NCBI RefSeq assembly: GCF_009914755.1
Contig: NC_060937.1
Direction: 5' to 3' (one strand)
Origin: the human T2T-CHM13v2.0 reference genome, Homo sapiens
Length of the DNA: 64,000 nt
Position numbers and translations under genes: made by a program. The notes under the pieces are model-generated. The model searched no databases. It saw only the letters and a program-made list of their open reading frames with translations, and had not been told where the DNA came from. Shown here one piece after another: positions 55,210 to 64,000 of this stretch. The stretch's first letter is position 1. Every line of letters starts with the position of its first letter.

Positions 55210-56428
55210 CCCACCATACTATGTATTTGTTAGGCACACTGGATTTTTAGAAAAGTTAGTGCATAATTATCATTTATTTCAAGGTTGTCCCTTCAATAAC
55301 AAATTTAACCCAGCCTTCCTTTAGTTTTAGTAAAATATGTTTTATTTTCTATTATAGATATGATACTAACATGTATCCATGAATTCTTCAGCTTTTCACT
55401 TCCATACAAAACATAACTTTTTCTAAACTAAAGGGGCTGAAAAGCAATTTACAGAGAGAGAGAGAGAGAAATTGTTCAACGCCCTTTGTTCCAGGACAGC
55501 CAAATACAAGTCCATTGATCAAAACACTGTGAAAATAAACATTCCAAAGGTAAACTCTTCATTTTAGAGCCAGAGATCGAAACAATAATAATGTCACACT
55601 GTATTAACACCCTGCTAAGTTCAGTTCTTTTTATGTCCAAATAGTGCAGGGGCTGACTTCTCAGTATATCTTGGTTCCAGATTAGCTAATGTTTAAAGTC
55701 ACCTCTCTGAAATCCTCAACACCACATTTGAAGAGTATAAATTACTGAGAATGTTGTCAACAGTTTTTACTTTCATAAACCAAAAGATAATTTATTTTAC
55801 AAATACTATGCCTATGATTGAAACAAAGGTATTAATAAAAAGAGTGGTTTTGAAGTTCAAGACTATTTAATCCTATGCTAATATTACCACATACTACAGA
55901 AAGATACTTTTTTTGTAATGGCATCTACAGTAGCTATTGTAAACAGTTCTTTCAAATTTGCAGTTTACTCTGAAGTTCTTTCAAATAGTTATCTCAGGAG
56001 ACTCCAAACCTCCCATTCTCTTTATCCTTGCTTTTCTGATTTTTATAAAAGTTTAATATGACTGGTGTGGTTACGGGTTGGAATTGAGTACACATTTACA
56101 TATTGCTTAGTCTCTCTTTTATCTGTATTAAGGCGATATTTATTTTTTAATTTTCAGAAAATTTTTATGAAGATAATTGAAAAGTATACCAAATACAAGT
56201 GGTATAACTTTAAATATCAAGAATATGTCAATGAAGTTAAATTACAATGTAAAATCTAAATACTTATAGAAAATAGAACATGCAATAGCAATCTTATGTT
56301 TAATATTTTATAAAATGAGTCCTTCAAACTTTGCTTAAATTATTTTGAATGTTAAATTATAGGCAGTGTCCTAATATCTTGCCCATCATAATTACTCAGT
56401 AACTGTGTATTAAAATGAATTGTATCCC

Positions 56429-56826
56429 TGTGTCAGAGACTGGCTAATTCTTCACCGAATGCACTTTCTCTACCTCTAGGGTATGTGTTTACGGACTACA
56501 GTTCTCTCTGTGCCAATGCAACATGGGTTCTGGCCATGAAATGTGGGTAGAGACAATGTATTCCCTTTCAAATTTAACCCGTTAAAAACTTCCCATTCCT
56601 GCATATTTACCCTTCCATGGTAAATTTGAAGCCACATGTTGAAGATATTGGAGCTAAACAATGGGTGGACCCTGGGTCCCTGAATCTCCACTGGAAGGGG
56701 GCTGGGCTTCTAATCAGGAACTCTTGCTTTCAAACAGTTACATGAGTGAGAAATATTGTTTTAATCATTTTAAGTCATCACATATTTTGGATATGTTTCA
56801 GGAAGTATCATTACTTCATTTAATAC
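56429..56826 (+). mobile_element. MLT1J-like MaLR LTR
   Basis: gaagccacatgttgaagat...ctgggtccctgaat...atgagtgagaaata...taataca. Confidence 0.7.
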
Positions 56827-57028
56827 AGACACTATTAAAAAAACACTGCTCCCCTTTACTGGAAGAAATTAATAATGTCATTATTCAGAGATGAAACTTC
56901 CTCACTATCTGCTCTTAGATGTATACCGTACTCTGAGAATTCCTGGAGTTCTCTCATTTTGTTCATCTTGACAAAATTGCTTTTCTAAACACCTACCCCC
57001 ACATGAGGGTTCTTTTGAGTATGGGGTA

Positions 57029-57499
57029 TGTAATCACTTCTCGTGACTGCTGTAAGAAAGTACCACAAATGGGTGGCTAAAAACAGCAGAGATTTATTCT
57101 CACACAAGTTTGGAGTCTAGAAGTCCAGAATCAAGGTTTCAGCAGGGGCATACTTTCTCTTAAGACTCAAGGAAAGAATCCTTCCTTGCCCCCTCTGGCT
57201 TTTTGTGGTTAATGGCGATCCTTGGTGTTCTCTGGCTTCTAGATGATGCATCACTTTAATCTCTGCTCCATCTCTGTCCACGTGGCTTACTACCCTGTGT
57301 GCATGCATTTCAATATCCAAATTTCCCTGTTCTTATAAGAACACCAGTCATATTAGATTTAGGACTCATCCTAATACAGGATGACCTCATGTTAACATGT
57401 CTACTTGGGCATACTCTATTTCCAAAGACGGCAAAGATGGTCACATTCTGAGGTTCCAAGTAGCATGAATTTTGGGGGAACACTGTCTGATCCAGTACA
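57029..57499 (-). mobile_element. MLT1B/C-like MaLR LTR
   Basis: ctgctgtaagaaagtaccacaaatgggtggct...tcttataagaacaccagtcatatt...gggggaacactg. Confidence 0.8.
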
Positions 57500-58676
57500 A
57501 TGTGGGAGAAAATAGAAAAGAAAAAGATTACATAAAGAAGTCTTTGTAGGTCAAGTAGATGTCAATGAAGACTATGTCAATGAAGTTAAATTAAAATTTA
57601 AAATCTAACATTCAGAAATGTAACTTTTCTGAATAATATTATAAAAATTTTCTATGTTCTGTAATATACAAATATAAATGTAAATAAAGAATGCAAACTG
57701 AAATGGGAAGGAGACCAAGAATGGCCAGTATTACATCTGACAATGACTTTTCTATATTGTTTGAGAACTTTTTCAAAGTCAAGATTATGGTTCTCAACTT
57801 TTTGAATTTGACTCTATTTTTAAAAATTTTTATTCAAATTGGATAGAACTTTTGGAACTTATGTTTACTAACTCACAAATCACTAGCATATGATCAGTTT
57901 ATATATTTATTAAATTAAATGACAATATCATTCTATAGATTCAAAATAAATCTATAAATGACCAGAAAATAATGTCACTCAAAACTTCATCTCATTATGA
58001 CTAAGTATAAAATATAGACAGACTGCAAAGTGAGTTGATATAAAGGCATGTACCTATCATTTCCCATTTTCATATCTCTTGTCTCTCTTCAATAAATAAA
58101 TATGTATATTCTCTTTTGTCATTCTTAGACCAGGAACTGACACCATAGCTTTTGAATAAAGAAAAATAAAAAATAAAGTGTGCTTGTGTCAAAGGTATAA
58201 CACATTTATTCTATAAATACTGAGTTAGCATTCACTATGTGTCATGCCCTGGTCTAGACACTCAGGATATAATAATGAATAGATTGTCCAGGTGTACTTG
58301 AAGGCTCGCTGTCTTCCTCCCTAAGTTGCACACCTTATCTCCACAGATTGGCCTCCAACTATAGCTAAAATTTTCCTCTCCACAAGTGAAGCAAATTAGC
58401 TTTCCCGAGGTACACATTTAAACCAGAATACTGCACTAGAATGCAAAATGAGATGAGCTTGCTTCTTTTTCTACTCCAATTTTTTGATACTTAATTAGCT
58501 TTTCCGTATAGTTATAATAGTAAATTGGGTAAAATTGAGTGCTTTGAGCTCTAGGCCAGCATTAAAATGAAGACTGAATGATTATTCTGATAAAATCCAT
58601 ACACAACCATCAACATTTGGGAGTGATCCTAAATCTATTTATGATTTGGGCAGGTGGGTTTTCATGACTATTGTCT

Positions 58677-59335
58677 GTAACAATTTTTCATAAGTCAGAA
58701 CTGACCATAATTTAAAAAGTGGTGATTGATTTAAAAATAAAGCCAGGCATAGGTACAGAAAGGAAAATACTACTGCAATAGAGGTAGGAGAACTATTACA
58801 ACAGAAAAAACGCTCGGAACATAAGATCTGCAAAGCTCTGAAAGGATAAACAGAATTAAATTTTATTTATAGGGAAGAGTAAACAAGGCTAGAAAGAACT
58901 GGATATGGAGGAGTGAGATGAGCTAGTGGTGTAATCAGTTGATTGAAAAATGTTTTTTCCCTAAGGTTAGCTGATTCTCAGGAGGGACTTGTAAAAGAGA
59001 GACCAAAGTTGAGGAATCTGGAAAAAACTGCCTAAATTTTGGTAAAGTTAGGTTACCCAGCATTTTTCCATATTGGTCAATAGCAAAATTGTTCAGCTAA
59101 TCATTTACGAGATAAAGAAATGGAATTTTTAGAGTCTGTGGCTAACATTGTGATTCATAGACAAGGGGGTCATCCATTAATCTAAGTCATAAGGGATGGT
59201 TGATTTTTGCAGTAGGCTGTTTCCTAGAACACAAAAGGCAAGAGGGAGAGCAGGGTGAGGAGGGAGCAAGGTGGAGTGTTCCGTACCTGTTTTATTTTTC
59301 AGGAAATCATGACTCAGTTAAAGTTCAACACTGTT
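58677..59335 (-). mobile_element. Old ERV1-like LTR remnant (family unresolved)
   Basis: Motifs resembling old ERV1 LTR antisense (tactactgcaatagagg, aaacaaggctagaaagaact, ttgttcagctaatcattta). Confidence 0.35.
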
Positions 59336-60479
59336 GGAGAAAAGCCAATAAGAATAAAAGCACACAAAAAATAAGTTAATGTGTACCCTTAACTGAGCTC
59401 CTAGTCATTGGGTGGCTAAACCAAGTCATTTATTTCAGAAGGTAAACCACATTCCACATGATCAATGCAAAAGTAATTGCTAAATATTTATCATAAAATT
59501 AAAATGAATAAAATTTTTAGTTTAGTTTTTCTTCCACAGACAATTTGCAAAAGCATAAAAACACGTCTTGTCTGCAATATTGGCATATAAATCAAATGAT
59601 TAAGGATAATTCCTTCCTTAGAAAACACAGTTGTAATCACAAATCCTTTAAGCAAAAATTATTTATTCTACCTTAAATTGTAGATTTTTTTGTCAGTTAG
59701 ACATAATACTATATAATCTGTGATTAAACCTGCTTACAAAAAAGCACATGAAATATACCATATGTAAATGAGATGCAATTTAATAGTCCTATTTCATCTT
59801 GCAAATCTCGTTTTACTTCATCTTTATCTCATTTACTTTATCTGTGAATATGATTTGCTGAAGTTGATTCACCTACATCTTATGGAAAGATTACATTTAA
59901 TATATATTAAAACAAGAATTTAATATGCATTTTTCTCCTTATTAAGATTTGGAAATTAACAAAAATTCTAGAATCTTAATATGAGATATATAACAGGTTT
60001 TTTGTGTATTTCATTAGAAATTGCACAAATCTTAATACATAACTAATGAAAAGAGTTGGCCCAAAAATAGTTAAATCAGATTATAGCGTGAGCTAAATGC
60101 ACAAATATAAGTGGTATGGTAGTGATTTAGCTATGTACTAGTGCGCCTCTTACAACTGCAGAAAAAAATGTAAGAAGCTATTCTTTTTAGACATCAAATT
60201 AAATAGAGCAAATGTAAAAAGAGGTTTATTTCTTCACATCACCTAAGACCAGTGCATTTTATTAATGTGCTAATTTTACCTTTATTAAGATATGCATGAG
60301 AAACATTGCAGCAGCATTAACCATGTCTCATGTTCCTTGAGGCACAATATATAAATTAGGATACAACATATTTAGTTTAGGAAAACAAACTAATGGAGAT
60401 TATACGTATATGTTGACTTCGTTTCATCTATCTATCTATGTATCAAATTTGTTCTTTATCTATATCATTGTTAATCAGC

Positions 60480-61050
60480 ATTTCCTTTGAAATGTATTTC
60501 TTGAGACATAACTCATGTATAGTAAAATGGACAGATCTTCAGGTACAGTTTGAGAAGTTTTGATAAATATTAATACCCATGTAGCCAATGCCCATTTCTC
60601 CCTAGAGATTCCTGTCATGTGCCTTTCTAGTCAATCACCCCACCACCAAAGGCTACCACTGTTCTGATTTCTGTCACCATAGGTTAATTTTGTCTGCTCT
60701 CAAACTTTATGTAAATAAAGCCATATGCTAGACACTCCTGTTTTGGGGTTGGGTGAAGGGTCTGGCTTTTTCAATCAGCTCTATGTTTGAGAGATTCTTG
60801 CATTTTGTTCTATCAATGGTTTACTTCTTTTTACTACTCTGTAGTTTTCATTTATAACACAATTTATTTACATGCTTTCTGGTGAGAGTTCTCTGTTTGC
60901 AGGTATGATGAATAATGTTGCTAGAGAATTCTTATGCAATTCCTTTTGTGGACATATGTGTTCATCTTTTGAGTGATGATGGCTAACGGTGGAAGTTCTG
61001 GGTCGTGTTGTAGGTAAACATTTAACAGTATCGGAAACTGTCAAATTTGC
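60480..61050 (-). mobile_element. L1MD/ME-type 3' end
   Basis: ttgagacataactcatgtatagtaaaatggacagatctt...ccactgttctgatttctgtcaccataggttaattttgtctg. Confidence 0.75.
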
Positions 61051-61196
61051 AATTTTCTTTTTCTTTTTTTTTTTGATGAATTAAATTCTCTGCATAATCT
61101 TTACACAATTTCTGTAATCTCTCTCTAAGGATCCTTTACATTTCTCCAGTAGGTCACAGCAGAAGAAAACTGCTGACTTGCGTAATAAAGCTAACT

Positions 61197-61345
61197 CCAG
61201 TGTCATCCTGGTAAATACTTACCAATTGCCTTTCAGCGCTGATTGGTAAAATAAAAATGCTCCCTTCATGGCTGATTTCAAGCTACCAGCATAATGTCAA
61301 CCAACTCTGAAAATTCCTGAAGATATCACAGTGGTTCTTCCAGGA
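61197..61345. mobile_element. hAT (MER63-like) DNA transposon remnant
   Basis: ccagtgtcatcctggtaaata...atggctgatttcaagctacca...aaaattcctgaa. Confidence 0.45.
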
Positions 61346-61464
61346 AAAGCCATCTTCAGGATCCATCTTATTTTTGGCAGGGAGAAAATAAAGCTGTACA
61401 ACTCACTGCATCATTGGCCCTAACTCCTCTCAAATCTTTCTGTGGGAATGGACTGGATAAATAG

Positions 61465-61700
61465 TAATGTTTACTGAATGCTAACTATATGCCAAGCAGT
61501 ATGCTAAATACTTTGAATGAAGTGTCTCTTTAAAATATTTATATCTACAACAATGCTAAGAAAAAAGTACATTTTTATAGATGAAGAAACTGAGGCAAAA
61601 ATTAAGTGAAGTGCTTTCCCAATGCCCCACATGTAGTAAATGGTGGAGCTAGCATTTCAACCCAGACACTCTGGCACCAAAACCTCACATGCTAACCTTT
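61465..61700 (-). mobile_element. MIR
   Basis: tttactgaatgctaactatatgcca...ttatagatgaagaaactgaggc...tggtggagctagcatttcaacccag. Confidence 0.8.
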
Positions 61701-62099
61701 ATGTTATTGCATAGCTTCCATTCTTCTAAACACAAAACAAGATTATGTTTTGCTGTTGAAGTACCATTCTGTGCATTGCTTAAAATCTTCATTAACTGAA
61801 ATAATATTCTTGATAGTATAAATTGTTTAATTATACTTTATACAGGCTTCATGTAATTTACTTCATATTTCATCGGTGAAAGAAATTTGAATTCACAATT
61901 ATATATAAAGATGCATTTGAAACTCAGAATCAAGCAATCATAAGGAAAGGATGACTTCATATTGCATTCAAAAGCTATTCAAGTTAAATTACCATTATCT
62001 TAAGTCATTTTTAAAGATGTTTTAGAAAGCTGAAAAAGATGTGTTTGCTTATTTATAAAATTACTACATATATAAGAAATTATTGCTGCTTTGAAAATT

Positions 62100-62166
<67 letters not shown>
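62100..62166. repeat. (TG)n(TA)n microsatellite
   Basis: Direct reading. Confidence 0.95.
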
Positions 62167-62168
<2 letters not shown>

Positions 62169-62924
62169 GTCCCACAGAATAAATATTAATGTCTCAAGTT
62201 TACCAAAGTTCAGTTCATGAACACAACTGAAATGTCAGCTGTCCTCAGTAAGAACTGATTCCTGAATGTCAAGTCCCCAAGTAAGTCTGACTTATGCACT
62301 GTAGATAAAGGCAGCAGGAGAGCAGTTAGCCTTGTCAAAAGACTTCGCTGGCCTCTTAGGTGCTCATGATAAGGCGATACCCTTCTGATCTGTCATTACT
62401 TTGAGCCATACATTTTAAAAGTTTTCATGTAAAGGGTACCAAGTGGGAAAGCCATTGCATCTCTTTACTTTCTTCAAAATAATCAAAGTCTCTAAAAGCT
62501 GAAACCTGAGGTACATTCTATCTATGTTTATGAAGGTGAAAATAAGTTCAGAACATTGCAAGATTGTGCTTTTGATGAAGAATTGCTTCACCATTTTTAG
62601 CTCCCCTTTTCTGCCTTTTTAAAACTTTCAGTCATTTTTTTTAATGTTGAGCTCTAAACCATAAAAGACTATATGTTTCTTACATGCAAAGCCAGTCTAT
62701 TTCATATTTTAAAGTCTGATTCCCATCATAATGTTGGCACTTTAAGAGTACAGTACTAATTAATGTGTTAATACTCTTATAGTGGAGGAACGTTTCTTCC
62801 ACTATAAGAAATGCTCCTAGATAGAAGGGCTTTCCTATACAATTTTGGATGTGTTGTATGTCTAGTTTATATAAATTTTGTCAAGAGTGTAGTGTGATTG
62901 TTTAGAAATAAAATATGAAGTTGG

Positions 62925-63100
62925 ATTAATTAGATATCAGTCTCAGTTCCTCCACTTGTTAATTACCTAATCTTAAATGATTTAAGTGCTTTTAACTTCG
63001 GATTCCTCAACTTTAAAATGGGGTGTCAATATTCATTTCACGAAACTGTTTTTGTGTTGTAACATATATAAATAAAACAATCAACAAAATGCTAGAAACA
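62925..63100 (+). mobile_element. MIR
   Basis: ttcggattcctcaactttaaaatgggg core. Confidence 0.5.
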
Positions 63101-63499
63101 TATGCATTTACTTGCACATTTGCCTTCTATTTTGCTTCCCAAAATAATATTGTGTTATATCCTCACTACCTAGAATAGCATCTGATGCATAGTATACACA
63201 CAACAAATATGCATTAATCAATATGTGGACATATAAATATATGTGAAAATATTTATTTAGTTCTCTTTTTATCCATTTAGCATGTTCTCTAATTTCAGGA
63301 CACTGGTTGACTACCACAACAGCTTTAAGCCTGAAAATATTTAACATTTAGTATCATGTAGCCAACTATATATTCCTTCTTGTATTTCCGTAATTTAAAC
63401 TTCCCTGTAACTACAGTCATATTGATGCAAACGTTCCCAAACCTCATAATCTTTCATTTCCATTTATGTCTTCTCTACTCTTCTCAACACTGTTGAAAG

Positions 63500-64000
63500 T
63501 TTTCAAATAGTACCTCTCTACTCTATTTACTGCTCCTGCTTCTCTCCATGGCATTGTGGTTATTTCTGAATAATGCAGCAACTTTCTACCTTACTTACCA
63601 CTCCAGTCTCCAAAACCCCACTGCCTCCTAACCCATTGTCCACAATAATAGCGAATGATTTTTTTATTATCATCCCAAAATAAAATTTTCATGATGATTT
63701 TTTCCTAAAGGCTTCTATATAATATCCAAACACCTTCACATGGAACATAAAGCCTTTCATCATCTGAAATCTATCTACTTCTGTGGCCCACAGTGTAGAT
63801 CGCCACAGGCATTCTACAGGCGTAAGCTCAGTCTACCATGGTCTTCTAGGGCACCTGCATTTATGTGCATCTATGTGTGCCTAGGATACTGCCTTTCTAT
63901 TTCTTTGTTGCTAACTTCTTTTTGAACTACATAACTCACCCTGGGTGTTTCTTCTTTTCTAGTCCCTTCTCTAACAATGTCCCTAATTACATATATACTT
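63500..64000 (+). mobile_element. L2 3' remnant
   Basis: ttgtccacaataatagcgaatgattttt...atccaaacaccttcacatggaacataaagcc...tgcctaggatactgcc. Confidence 0.6.

Overview
This is AT-rich, CpG-poor primate (most likely human or great-ape) genomic DNA, intergenic or deep intronic. I see no supportable protein-coding exon, RNA gene or CpG island. The ORF track consists of Alu, L1, LTR and microsatellite read-throughs or chance AT-rich ORFs. The window is a layered transposon archive: about 16 Alus (J/S/Y, most with readable target-site duplications, TSDs), several L1s, many MaLR/ERVL/ERV1 LTRs, MER47A, MIR/L2 relics and microsatellites. Three L1s carry twin-priming 5' inversions and one joins its 5'UTR directly to its 3' end. 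An internally deleted ERVL provirus with integrase/dUTPase remnants hosts two nested LTRs. The main signal these repeats do not explain is a set of short, locally templated copies: a 192-bp ~97% duplicate, a ~155-bp and a ~95-bp older duplicate, 41-bp and 53-bp duplicates, and a 57-bp inverted copy of a neighbouring L1 segment. There is also an Alu split by a foreign ~85-bp insert. Repeat subfamily names come from my recall of consensus sequences and need RepeatMasker/Dfam confirmation. I cannot support a novel gene system.
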